A DNA stretch of 64,000 nt from Tubiluchus corallicola (Eukaryota > Animalia > Priapulida). Positions 1 through 12,680 of the stretch are shown here, piece after piece; position 1 is the first letter of the stretch; every line of letters begins with the position of its first letter. Location of the stretch: NCBI GenBank assembly GCA_030141605.1, contig JAQGDQ010000812.1, positions 29,043 to 93,042 of the forward strand, read 5' to 3'. The position numbers were made by a program, and so were the translations under genes. The notes beneath the pieces are model-generated. The model saw nothing but the letters and a program-made list of their open reading frames with translations. It did not search any database and was not told the DNA's origin.

Positions 1-3000
1 TCGTGGAATTCTCTCCTTCTCTGCTATCCTGGTTTTGGTTCACACTGGCCTTTTCTCCAAATTCTTCCAAACACAAATGACAACTCCAGCTACCTGAAAT
101 AAAACATCACAATAATTTAAGAAACAGTTACCATCAAAAAGTTATGAATTCATTCTATTCTAAATATAATGTACGTAAAATTCGATACGAGTTCCAATAC
201 AAGCAAACTGAAAAGGTCTACTAATAAGTTTACTGTCGAGAATCTACAAAATTTCCGACACATAGTTGAAAAAAATAATCGGAGATATTTTTTATAATAA
301 TAACTGGTGTTACAATAATGACTAACAAGAAAAGTAATGCACAAACATTATATGTTGATACACATTCTAAGCAAGATACATGCAACAGAGCTTGAGATTA
401 AACTGTTCTCTTTGCCCTAGTGATGACAGTTTTAAAAATGCATTGTATTCCAATTCTTTCTCTTTCTGAAAAGTTGTAGAAGCAGATAAGAGAACTCTTT
501 CCAATGCCCTGCAAAATCTCTCATGCCTTAAGGAAACAAGGTAACAGATGAATGATAACATACCGTAAGGAAACCAAAGTTAAGTAATGACGAGCTTGCT
601 CAGCAAGCGGATGGATGAACATGCTATGTTGTCTCCGGTGCTATTTACCTTGTTAGGTAACAGATGAATGATAACATACCGTAAGGAAACCAAAGTTAAG
701 TAATGATGAGCTTGCTCAGCAAGCGGATGGATGAACATGCTATGTTGCCTCCGGTGCTATTTACCTTGTTGAGGAAAAAACTAGATGCATTTGAATATAC
801 AGTTATGACACCTCTGCCTGTTCAGTTTCTTACTTTCACCTCCAAACAGAGAATTATTACGGAGCTAGATTCGGAAACTGCTACAAGCATCTGACCACTG
901 ACCTACCTTACAGTTTATCAAAATGGAACAGCAAATTTTGAAGAAATCGGGTAGAGTGGTTCAGAAGAATGGCATGTGGAAGTTCAGTGAACTTCCCACA
1001 GAAACTCAAAAGACCCGCAAAAGAACCGATCAGGCACCAAACTTAGTTTTAAGTATTACCGGCTCGCCCTAGGTGTATTCCTGTGTGACTAAAACTGAAG
1101 CATTCTGTCCAAAAATAGCATATTTTTGTAAACGGTCCTGAGTCAAAAAGTAAAATCATCATTGAAATGATGACCAACTGATCTATCCGACGTAATATGT
1201 ATATATATATATATACATACATATAGATATAGTAATATATTATCGTATAACTATGGTAAGTTTTTCAGCGTTTTACAGCATATACGCATTACGCAGTGAT
1301 ATCACCAACAGTTAGCTGGTAAATACGAAAATAAATGCAAACTGAGCGAGGCGTAAAGCAAATACTTCAAACAACGGCCGAGTTTATTCATTTTAACCGC
1401 ATGCGCAATTTTATAATGGGAATTTTCGTCTTTAGTTTGGATAGCACAGAATTGGTGTAAAGAGCTCCTCTACTCTGTCAGTATTTGAGTCTTTGTTTTT
1501 TTAAATATTGTGGAGCATCTGTATACGTAAGAATACAAAAAATGTTACAAATTATGCATTAGAACAAAAATTCACCTAGTTAATTTTACTGAATATATTT
1601 AAAATATGACTTTTATACATAATTTTATTATAATTTGTATCTCCATGTCACTGAAGCACTTTTGCAGCTAGTAACCTACTAACTGATGTTTGAAAAGTAA
1701 ACTACACTAAATACCTGATAATATTTAAACTATTAGAAAAGCATTTTAACATGAAAGAATAACTGTGTACGTTATGTGATTGAGAAATACTTGGGTTTTC
1801 TTAAAATTGCCGTGACTTTGTAACCATTTTTCATCTAATTTATAAACCAAAATTTGTAGTTTTAGAACACAGAACAAGAGTTTTCATTTGCTGTATTACA
1901 CAAACATCCATGTGAAATTTTTTTGCCCTAACGGGCCAAATTTAGAGCCGTTCAATGTGCTTTTCCTATTGAATCCCAATGATTCCAGATTTTCGTGTTT
2001 GTTCATATTTTTAACTAAATAGTGAGAAGAAACTCCTGAGAATTTATAGACACGTAAAAAAAGGCTTGATTAAGTACTGCTTAAAACGTTTTTATTTTTA
2101 TTCACAAACCTAATTTATAAAATTTTTGCACTTATTTGTCTGTTGCAGATTTCAGCACACATTTCAAAAATGGAAACCGACTATGAATCCAGAGAAGATA
2201 GCAAACATAAAAAGCTATGCTCAACACAAAACCTCGTTATGTCAGAAAAATTTTGTGATGTTAGAGAATGTGTTGTTGTGTTAGAAAAATTAGAAAGGCT
2301 TAAGTCTGAAACAAAACAAGTGGAAAATGCCTCACAAAAAAAGCACATTACTAAAAAACAACATGCTGATGCTGATAGCAAACAAAGAAAAATTGACAAA
2401 CTCATCAAAGCACCACCTGTGAATAAAATTTGCACAGCATCAAAGAAAATGAGCACTTACGAATGCCCCGAATGTGAGATAATATTATCAACATTACTGG
2501 AGCTCAGAGATCATCTTTCAGCTCATGTCAATGAAAAAGTTTGTGAGAAGACTGATGGTGGCAACGTGTCCACAGAGAACAATGAGACATGTCAGAGTGT
2601 AAATAGTGATTTAACTTTGCGTTGTGTCAATTGCAACAGATTTGTTGTTAATGTGACACACTTGGAGAAGTCCAGTCAAAATATTATGAACTCAGTTTTA
2701 CAACCATCTCTCAGTTGCGACCAGTGTGCACCGACTTCTTGCAGTTCACCGGTATTAGCAACGTATTCATCAAAAAACTACACTGCTAATTCATCAAGCA
2801 ACAATACGAAGTTTGGTCAACTCAGTGATGTCGGGGTGTCAACACGTGTCGATCATTGTGGTGATAACTTTTTGCAAAATGCAGCACTGAAATCTCACAT
2901 TGTTGGCAAGCATGCCGTGTCCACAAAAAAGGAAATGAATGCAATCCCTAATGAAGGGAAAGTTATTAAAAAAGAGTATGCAGTAGAAACAGCAGACTTG

Positions 3001-6000
3001 TTTATACATGCAAAGGAAAATAAGGAAGCTATCAAATCTTGCAGCTTAATGTTCAAAAGCCCTGATCACTTTCTTAGACATATTAAATCTAACGCTCATC
3101 AAACAGAAAAGAAAACAGTTCCCAGAAAGGCAAGCAATGAAAAACACAACGATGAAGAAACCACCTGTTTATCAAATGACCAAGAGTATGAAAGTGATAC
3201 CTGCATTAAACAATATTCAGGTGCAAAAAGAGGTAGGCCTACAAAATGCAGAACTGTTTATTACTCGTGTGATGAATGTAGTATCAAAGTTCGTGGACCA
3301 AAAAGAAATTTGAGGCGTCACAAGAATAGAATACATAGAAAGGTAAGACCACATAAGTGTGACCAATGTCCAGCAAAGTTCTACTCCTCATCAGAGTTAG
3401 TTGTGCATTTAAGAAATCATACGGGTGAGAAGCCATACATTTGTCACCAATGTGGACGTGATTTCAAGTATTCTACCGGCTTAAAGGAACATGAACGACG
3501 AGCTCACACTGGGGAAAAGCCTTACAAGTGCCAGGAATGCAGCAAGGCATTTCACAGCGCAGCCATGTTACGCTACCATAAGCGAACTCATGATCCTGAC
3601 AGTGTAAAGAAAATTCTCTGTGAGCTGTGCGGAAAATCATTTCCAACGGATCGCATCAAATCACACGTTTACCTAGTGCACTGTGAGGATGGGAAGCCAC
3701 CTTTAAAGTATGAGTGCAACCAGTGTGATGCTAAGTTTCGTTATAAACACTGTCTGGCCTATCACTTGAACAGACATGCTGGTTCAAAACCTTTTAAGTG
3801 CGAATATTGCTCAGCTGAGTTCGCTAGTCCTGGAGGTAGGAATAATCACTACAAAAAACATGAAGAGGATAAGAAATATAGATGCAATGAATGTGGAAAG
3901 ACTTTTGGCTGGTTAAGCAATCTGAAATACCATATGCGCACACATTCAGCGGAAAAGAACTACCAATGCCAGTACTGTGTTTCAAAATTTCGGTACAATA
4001 GTAATTTAAGAGACCATCTCAAAAGGATACATAACAAGATATTGAATTCAGCAACAACATTAGATGGCGAGCCAAGAAGAGGTGGAAGAGAAAAACAAAA
4101 CTTTGGAGCACAGACGAAGGGTAAGAAAAAAACTGGAAAAACCACGATTTGTAAGAATAACTTTGAGTGTGCTCAGGATCATGTTACTCACAGAAAAATG
4201 AGCAAATATGTGTTTGATCAATGTGATCAGAGTAACTCAGATTTACTGGCTGAATCTAAAGAACAAATTACTCTACCCATGACTTTCCATCCACAAAGCA
4301 GCAAGTCAACGGTAACATTACGAAACAGCAGTGCATTAAATTTTCAACCAAATTCTGTTGTGCTATTTAATACAGTGCAGGGATATCCTAGCATTCAGCA
4401 AACTTCTTGGGTAACAACATTCTCAGCAACTGACTTCAACCATTCTTGAAGAATGGATAGGTAACTAATACATTCAGGTTTTATTGGGTCAAGTGAAAAT
4501 TAATTAGTAAAAAATGGCGGCATTAAAATTAAAAAGAAAAGTCCATTAATTTATAGAGGGTAAAAGTAAAAATTAATTAGACTGACCCAGTAAGATGAAT
4601 GTTGACCCTATTAGATTGAGAAGATGAAACCTATGTATGAAACAACAAAATTCATAAGCTTTTTAGGTGTGTTATTTTTAAAAAAATTTTAATATCAGAT
4701 ACATTAAATAATATCTTGTACATTACACTTGCATCTGTTAATTTATTTGTCTGTTAATCGACTGTGTGTAAATCATTCCTTATGAATTTTGGATTTTTGC
4801 AGTCATTGTCTGCTAATTTGCTGTGTCACTTTCAGCACTATTTGTTACTGTCTAATATTACATTTATTTATGAATGCTATATTACATCTAAATGTATTTA
4901 TAAATACTATATTACATGTGTTTATGAATGCTATTAATCTTTCACCTGCAAACAAAATTCGACTCCCCCCATTTCGCACAGCTGTCCTTTTAACTCTACA
5001 AATTGAAGTTTCTTTTTATTCAGTTACTCTCCAAGCTCCCAGCACTCGAGGGCAGTATGATGGCAGATGAAAGCATTCGGATACATTTTCCCAGCGGTCA
5101 TTAACCATTTACTTAACCAAGCTCAACACTGCTTAACTTATGCAGTTAAAACTCATCGTGATCAATTGGCTATATCCTTCGCTCAGTTCAAATTTCTTGT
5201 TAACTGTTGTCAAAACCTCTGTTCCTAAGGCTTCTATACATAGAATACAGTTACGTAAATACGGTCCATTAGCACATAAGCTGTACCAACTGTTTCAAAC
5301 AGAGAGCGTTTTAAGCAGAGTTCGATGAATTGTACTCAGATTGCCAGGTTGACTATAGCGATTATAGCGAAGCTATAAAATTCATGTAAGAAATAGTAAT
5401 ATGTAAGGCCTATGCAGTAAGACAAGCACAAAATGAATAAAAAATGTAAGCCTTAAATCTGGTGTCTTAAATTTGAAGATAAAACTATGACATATTTGTG
5501 TTTTTTCTTTTTTATACGCTTTAACTAGTGATTTATGATAATTCAAATTGGGCCCCGCGCACATGCTCGAGACGAGAACGCTGTGATGAATTAACGAGCA
5601 TCCAATGTGCACGAAGTTTCTTGATACTGTGAATGCAGTGAAACCATTCAGACTGACATCGTATATGTATGTTTCGATGTTTTTTACTGATCGTTTGTTT
5701 ACTTGTTTTGTAATTTCATTTTATTCCACTGCAAAATATATTATAAATAACTGGAATTTAGCACACTTATGAGGGCCTGCATCTGTTCTTGCTCCTGAGC
5801 TAATGTATTCTGAGGTCCGGAAAACGAAAGAACCCAAGGAAATTGCTACTCTTATTACAATTCAACAGCATAGTAGATTCTCTTAATTCAGCAACTTTGA
5901 CACAAAGCTGCTCGTCATGTCATGAGAATGCTCACAATGCATGAGAATACGGAAAGAATATGGTTTTTACCATCTGAGTGCAAACATGCTTTTGTACCAT

Positions 6001-9000
6001 AGAGCAAGCTGGGAATCAGCATGCAGCGACAGGATTGACTTAATTTTGACGGTTGTAGTAGGACTGGAACCTAGCCCTTCATTAAAGGTAATCCTCCAAG
6101 ACTAAATGTTAAACTGTACATTTGGATACATATATATCCTCTTGCAATGAGAAATCACCAAAAGAGTGCTATTAGCAGTGTTGAGAAAGTGACAGTATAA
6201 AAAGAGCTAACTACAGTTACAACTAGATCTGGAAAAAAGTAGCTAACTATACAGTTACAAGTTTTTTCAAAAGTAGCTACCTGTAGTTACAACTACAGCT
6301 ACTTGAACAGCTAGCTAGCTAACAAAATATGCATAGCGCAATCAAGATATTAGGGCAGTTCAATGTTAGCTATGAATACGTGCAGTTTATAAACATTAAA
6401 CATAAGCATGTTTTAAACGTGTGAAAAGATGTTCGTAAATTAAAAACTTTATAAATTTAAACTCTTGTGATCAGCTTTTGGTGCAGTTATTTTAACGGTA
6501 AGTTGTTTGAAACAAGTTTAGACAACATTGCGAAGTCTGAAAGAATAATCAGAGCATGCGTACCACACTCCTCACTAACGAGGCAAAAGTATAAGTTATT
6601 TTGTATTGTAAATAAGATCAATAATGTGATTTTTATAGTGAGTCAGTGGTGCACACTGTGATGTTTTACCAACTGGCACGAGCATTTTAAATATTAAGAA
6701 TTTCCTTTTCTAATTACATAAGTCTTTCAAACAGGTAAGCATAATGCTAAGTAATATAACTTTGTATGGAAAGTTTGTTAAGATATACTTTAAAATGTCC
6801 TTTTTTTCTCTCCTTTAAAGAGCAAAATATTTTACATCTTTTTTCATGTTTAATTTTATTTGTTATTACAGTGTAAAAAAATTGCATTTCGAAATTTTTT
6901 CACCAAGGCAATTTGTACCTTTGATCAAAACTGAACAAGCCATAATGAACCTGGTAGAAAATGCCACTATAACACAAAATCGAAGCAGTCAGTGAAGCAA
7001 TGTTTAGTTTAGGACTAAAGTGGATGCTCACTTCACAGATCCGTGACATGCACATGATAAGTGCTTTAACTCGTGAACAATGGGTACAGAACATTACGCA
7101 GTTTTGCAACAAAGTTTATTCCAGGCTAACAGCTGGCATTGAGAAATTCAGCATAGTGTAACAGATATTAAGGCAATTATTTGAAGATCAATGTTATAGT
7201 TGCTATAATAGATTTATGCAAACCACACATTCTTGGAATCTGGATGATGTAAAGAGTAGCTTACAATTAATGCCAGTGTTATGCTGCAGAATTAAATTAG
7301 CTCACTATAGCTATTTTTTGCTGTTAAATATTAAAACAGCCCACTATGCTAACAGAAAAAACGTAGGAAGCTACAGTAACGCTATACTATTACCCAACCC
7401 TGGCCATTAGTACTGCAACAAAACTAAATTAATTTCAGCTTCTTGTTTTTAACTTTATGTCTGACAGCAATAATACTTTTAACAAGCACAAATATGACCA
7501 GTTTTACATTAACAAAGACTTGTTCATATACACATATCCATTTACATGTGCATCTTTTACCTTTTTGGCTTCACTTATTTTCAAATCTTTATGCTGCTAC
7601 TTTGGGACTAAAAAAAGTTGGCATTGAGTAAGACTGGTGTTAACGAGATGCATTAACTACATACATGTCTATGCAAATATATGCATTATAAGGGGGCAAT
7701 ATAATGAAGTTTGACTATATTATAGATTTCCTCAGACAGATTTTGAAATATGGAGATGTTGTTATATTTAGGCATTTTAGCAGTTGCTTCACCGCCTCCT
7801 GTGATGATGGTGATTTTTGAAAATTTGAAACGAACACTTGTACTTTTGCTCATTTCAAAAATACTTTCCCAGCAATAAAAACACCAGTTAGTAATCTCAT
7901 ATAAATGAAAGCTTAAAGCTTGGTTTTTCTACTGCTAGGTTTGCAAGTAAAAACACCATGTCAAGAACATGCTTTGCCTAGTACGTGAGCTAGCTGTTGA
8001 CAGTGGCGAGATGATGTGGTGCACTAACTTGAATGTCAATCAACGAATTACTTGACGTTAATTACTTTCATGTTGCATAGTACTAGCACGGTACTCACCT
8101 TCTGGTGGTTCAGACAATGGAGGACTAAGACAGTACATGTGGTAGCCTCTGTCACAATCGTCACAAAATAAAAGCTGGTCCTAAAATGAGCATGAAAAAC
8201 GTTATTCAGGAAATGTGAATCGGCTCCCAATGGTTTTAAAGCACCACATAACCCAGAAGCTTCTGCAACAGTGCATGTTTGTAGCAGTGTTTGGTTGAAT
8301 AAAAGAAAGTGCTTTGCAGGCAATATTACAACAGCTATAATGGGAGTCACCATCAGATGTTATAACCAGATTTTTTAAGAAATAGAATGCCTAAGCTGTT
8401 GGGCTCTTAAAAATAATTATGCATTCTGTTTATAATATCTCATGACGACTTCCGTTGCACATTTTGAAATATTATCCTCTTTGAATATTCCATCTCATTG
8501 TGCCGTTCAAATATAGTGTTTAGACACATGTCTTGCCGGTATTTGAAACTGTGGCTTGATTGCATTTTTACCAAGCCCAGCCCAAATCAGGTATACAATA
8601 TAAATCATGTGGACTTCATATCAGAAAAATTTGCATGGGATTACATCACACTCAAATAAACTTGTAGTTCTATTCTTCAAAATGATTTCATTGTCCAAAA
8701 TAGCATGACAACTTCAAACCAAGAGGAGACAATAATATTTATAAAAGTTTTTTGATTTGCCACTAAAACACTCAAACTCTGTAACCATTCAAAAACAAAC
8801 TGGTACTTATGAAGCTTGTTAATACTCTTACGTCATTGTCAGATGTTCCGCAAAGTCCGCAAGATTTGCACTCAATGCACTGCCATCTATATTTCTTCAC
8901 AGAAATTAACATGTTATCTGTAAACTGCAGGCAAGTCGGGTGACCTGGAAACAAATAACAAGAATATAATGGTTGACATTTTGCAGCATGACTACCGCTG

Positions 9001-12000
9001 CTTATGACAATTAGCAAATAGTAATTTTGATGCAAACAATAGCATTTACGTTAATATTTAATACATGGTCCATAATATCATACCTGACCGGCCACAGTCT
9101 GAGCAGGACACTAGTTCTTCAGGCTGCATTGTCTTCTTGTTCTCCAATGCATCGCCAAGACAAAAGTCGCAGTAGTCGCTCGAAACAACCTTTTCTTGTC
9201 TTGCATTACTACAAGCTGTTAAAAACATTTATTTTACACTATAAAATTTCCATTTTGCACCTAGTTTATTGAATTTTAAACACAATCACTGTTTTAAAAA
9301 CTCATTATAGCTCAGATGAAAGAAATCAGAGATTCTTCCTATTACCAGGTTCACCACCAGGAGGAAGGTGCCTTAAACACAGAAGCGCTCAAAGAGAAAA
9401 AGCCAATATTACAACTTCAGCCTTATTACGCTAAACTAACAGCAAAAAGAATGAATCAGATTCGAAAGTTATAATGAAGTGTAATCTGATCTGTTTGTCT
9501 GTCTATCTTTCTGTTAGGTTTTCAACACATTCATAAGTTATGAAATTTATAACAAATAATAATAAATATAATATAATATAATATAATATAATATAATATA
9601 ATATAATATAATATAATATAATATAATATATTATAATATAATATAATATAATAATATAAATAATTACAAAGCTTAGCTATAGCAAACTAAATGCAAAAAG
9701 TATCTATGGTAGAAAATATTTCTATATTCCCCTGTAATGATATTATGGAAAATACCAAGTACAAATTAGATAGCAGCGTAAATCAGATAAAAGGGTATTT
9801 CTAACTGATTTTTTTGTAAATGCAAAACTTGCATCAACTACAATCTCTTTTGGAAAATTAACAATGCAGATTTTATTCATGGAAAAAGTGCAATAGCACT
9901 GCCCGGTGTTGGAAATTGTTTGATAGGTCACATATTGATGCGCATCTCATATTAACCTCACACGCAGATATGCGCACACACCTCAGTAAGTACAATAACA
10001 TGTTACCCTGTGCAGATGCAGTTGGAGCTGGAGCAACTTTGGGAGATGGTACTGAGTTGCTATCCTCCGAGTGTTCACTGATAAGCTGATGTGTGTGCGT
10101 GACATGATATGTGAGTCCTGGCCGTGTTTTGTACCTAGCCCCACAAACTGTGAAGGGTAATTATACAACAATTCAGAATTATTTCCAATAGGTAAATGAA
10201 GATATACCAAACATGAACTGAAAACCTCAAGCAAATGCACATCTATCAGCGTCTGAATCTTTAAAATATAATAATAAGAATAAGCAGAAGCAGAAGAAAA
10301 TAAAGACAAAAGGAAAAAAGACCAAAAGCTGCCATGTATTCATTTGGCTCAGCTGCCAAGAATGACCTTCATAGCATTGATTTGCCAATTTTTTCAAACA
10401 AAACGGGTTTTATGGTAACTTTGCATTAGTTAGTTGAAAGAGAGATCTTCAATTGTTGACCAAAATCTAGCTCAAATGTTATGCAGAGTGAGATGCCAAT
10501 GCAATAATCAACAAGCTTAAAATACATACTGTCGCATGCAAAAGGTTTCTCCATCTCCAAATCTTTTTCAGTTTTCTCCTTTTCCGCCTGTTGTTTCTTT
10601 TTTCGACTGCTTCCCTATATAGAAGCAGTTTATTTAGGTAAACAAATGCCATTAAGATGTTAAAAAGTGTAGAACAGAATACTCTTTGAATAGTATAGAA
10701 ATATATTTCAAATAGACTTGTGAAATGATATAGCACCTTTACAAGCTATAATTTAGCAATTTTGATAGGAAATTAGATAATTCAAGCCACACGATCTTGC
10801 AAGATTTTTGATTAGTCATGCAAGCAACGTTCTCAATATTAATACAATACTGACATAAAAAAGCCAATAATTTGACATATTTCCAATATCACAAACAAAA
10901 TAACCATCCGGTGTTCACAGTAAGAAAAAGGATTTTTCATTTAACAGAAACAAAAATAAATGGTAGGCCCCACACTAACACTGTAGTGCACAATAAACAG
11001 AAGCTAGTAGGTTTCTAGACATCCTTACCTAAAATTCAAACAAATAAACAAGAAGCACACATGAGAAAAACTTATGTTCAAGACAACTTATAACTTTGAA
11101 ATGAATATTTACCAGAATATGTACCAAAAAAAACCCCAAAAAGGAAAAGTTTAGGAAGGAGCTACTTTGTTTGTATTTCAATGCCTAGCACATGATTCAT
11201 GCACTGCAGTTTTTATGCCCTTTCTTGTAGCGTGTACACAAACAGTCTGAACAAAGAAATAAATTGGGCACCTAGGTTTATTCTACTACTCATTGATGCC
11301 AGCGTCTTAACTACATTGTTGGCCCAGTTCGTAAAAAAGTCTTTATCCTGTCATTCAGTGCACAGTATGTGAACAGCATCCCGTCATTCAGAGCACCATT
11401 GGTGAATGGCACAGTATTCCATAACCTGTGCAATTGATTAGTAGTACTGCTTGTAGCATTAATTTGGGGATAAAAGTGAAATGCTTAGCATAATTATTTA
11501 TTAGTCCATGAAAAATAACAAGAAAACAAGAAGGTGTCAATATTATGTTAGGGGGAATATAAAACTAAGTTGACTGCACTCACGGATGATCGTGGAGGAG
11601 GTTTTTTCTTCTTACGACGAAAAGAATAATCTTCATAGTCATCTACATCCGAATCAGCATCTTCTATTTCGCCTGCATCTGGCGGATCGCTTAATTCATC
11701 ATAATCCTTGTACCATGTTTCCTTCGGTGTTTCATCCACAGTAGCCGATGTAGTCTCCTCTTCTTTGCTGATGGCCATATTCTCAACAGTTGTAATTTGG
11801 TGTTCATCTAGCAAATTAGTTACCACACCATACATGTACATAAAATGAAATGCTAAATTATTCCTATCTCACCTAAAGAGTAGGCAACATTATTGTGAAT
11901 AATCCGCAAGAAGAAGTGAAGATGATGACCTAAACCTAGAAATTAAGGGATAAAATGAGCAACTGATCTGGGCAGTTCTGGGATATTTACACATGGACCA

Positions 12001-12680
12001 TGGTAATTTTTCCAACTTTAAAGCCTCAGCTAAATCCTGGACCAAAATGAAACAAATTAAAGAGCAAAAAAATGGTTACCAGCATCGACAACATCCTCTG
12101 TAGGTTTCATTAATCGTTCTTGTAGGAAGGGTGGGAGTCTGCGCCTGCGCCATCTTTTGGCTGGATATGTATATAGTTGTCCATGCCTGCTACCTGGCAT
12201 CCGATGTCGCTTCTGCATCCATAAGGAGCAGTCACTCTGAGCAACACCTATGAAGTACAAAAACACTCAGTTATAACCAAACTCATTGTGACAAGAATTT
12301 TGCAGCTGGAAAGAGCTACACCAGTATTGTAGAAAGGAAGACTACTATCATAACTCATATCATGAATTGATAAATTGCAAACACCCATTTTACTGATGGA
12401 GAACAAATGGAACATTTCAGTATTTGGGCTGTTCTCTTAGGCCTGACTTCCCCTAGGAAAACAATGTCTGCCTACATTCAATTAGCTTCACATTAAAATA
12501 ATACAGTCTATTTAACAGGCTTTTTAACAATACAAGAAAAAACTAACCAGTCTGAGAATCCAAATAAGGAAGCCTTAAACGTCTCTCCACTAAAAGTCTC
12601 GTGTTAAAATTTGATGTATTTTCAAGGTATTCAGTATATTGTTTATCCGTCACTCCGAGAGCAGCCAATGTTACAGTCAT
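1..12680 (-). CDS. d4: d4/DPF-family (ubi-d4/Requiem, DPF1/2/3-like) BAF-complex double-PHD finger protein; multi-exon, 3' end runs off the left edge
   Basis: Phase-consistent GT-AG exons on the minus strand. 12548-12680: [44 protein letters not shown], Requiem-N. 12080-12247: GVAQSDC...[15 protein letters not shown]. 11584-11807: acidic stretch plus basic NLS. 10530-10614: ...EKPFACD. 10007-10147: [21 protein letters not shown]2H2. 9084-9215: YCDFCLGD...[13 protein letters not shown]. 8832-8944: GHPTCLQF...[18 protein letters not shown]. 8099-8180: [27 protein letters not shown]. 1-93: GSWSCHLC..., no stop before the window edge. These motifs match the d4/DPF family as I recall it. Confidence 0.95.
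541..770. repeat. Near-perfect two-copy tandem duplication, period 116 bp
   Basis: gtaacagatgaatgataacataccgtaaggaaacc...ctatttaccttgtt occurs at 541 and 657 with about 2 substitutions. Each copy carries the palindrome GCTTGCT-C-AGCAAGC. Confidence 0.95.
1390..1526 (+). promoter_or_regulatory. Putative promoter and non-coding first exon of the zinc-finger gene
   Basis: Local CpG enrichment and an NRF1-like CGCATGCGCA at about 1398-1407. A donor-like AC|GTAAGA at about 1526 could pair with the acceptor tgttgcag| at 2148. Inference only. Confidence 0.4.
2170..4449 (+). CDS. Multi-C2H2 zinc-finger protein (about 759 aa, single coding exon) with nine tandem C-terminal fingers, an AT-hook-like KRGRP and 1-3 dispersed or degenerate N-terminal fingers
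   Basis: The ORF track begins at TTG 2143, which lies inside an acceptor (ttgcag| 2148); the first ATG is 2170 (METDY...). It has repeated CxxC-x12-Hx3-4H units and TGEKPY linkers. Confidence 0.93.
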   Translation: METDYESREDSKHKKLCSTQNLVMSEKFCDVRECVVVLEKLERLKSETKQVENASQKKHITKKQHADADSKQRKIDKLIKAPPVNKICTASKKMSTYECPECEIILSTLLELRDHLSAHVNEKVCEKTDGGNVSTENNETCQSVNSDLTLRCVNCNRFVVNVTHLEKSSQNIMNSVLQPSLSCDQCAPTSCSSPVLATYSSKNYTANSSSNNTKFGQLSDVGVSTRVDHCGDNFLQNAALKSHIVGKHAVSTKKEMNAIPNEGKVIKKEYAVETADLFIHAKENKEAIKSCSLMFKSPDHFLRHIKSNAHQTEKKTVPRKASNEKHNDEETTCLSNDQEYESDTCIKQYSGAKRGRPTKCRTVYYSCDECSIKVRGPKRNLRRHKNRIHRKVRPHKCDQCPAKFYSSSELVVHLRNHTGEKPYICHQCGRDFKYSTGLKEHERRAHTGEKPYKCQECSKAFHSAAMLRYHKRTHDPDSVKKILCELCGKSFPTDRIKSHVYLVHCEDGKPPLKYECNQCDAKFRYKHCLAYHLNRHAGSKPFKCEYCSAEFASPGGRNNHYKKHEEDKKYRCNECGKTFGWLSNLKYHMRTHSAEKNYQCQYCVSKFRYNSNLRDHLKRIHNKILNSATTLDGEPRRGGREKQNFGAQTKGKKKTGKTTICKNNFECAQDHVTHRKMSKYVFDQCDQSNSDLLAESKEQITLPMTFHPQSSKSTVTLRNSSALNFQPNSVVLFNTVQGYPSIQQTSWVTTFSATDFNHS
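6176..7402. mobile_element. Non-autonomous hAT-like DNA transposon
   Basis: The left end CAGTGTTGAGAA and the reverse complement of the right end CAGGGTTGGGTA form an imperfect TIR. The 8-bp flanks GCTATTAG (6168-6175) and GCCATTAG (7403-7410) match at 7 of 8 positions, the hAT TSD length. Subterminal AGCTA/ACTACAGTTAC repeats occur at both ends. Confidence 0.75.
9557..9658. repeat. (TAATA)n pentanucleotide microsatellite
   Basis: Direct reading of the sequence. Confidence 0.95.
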
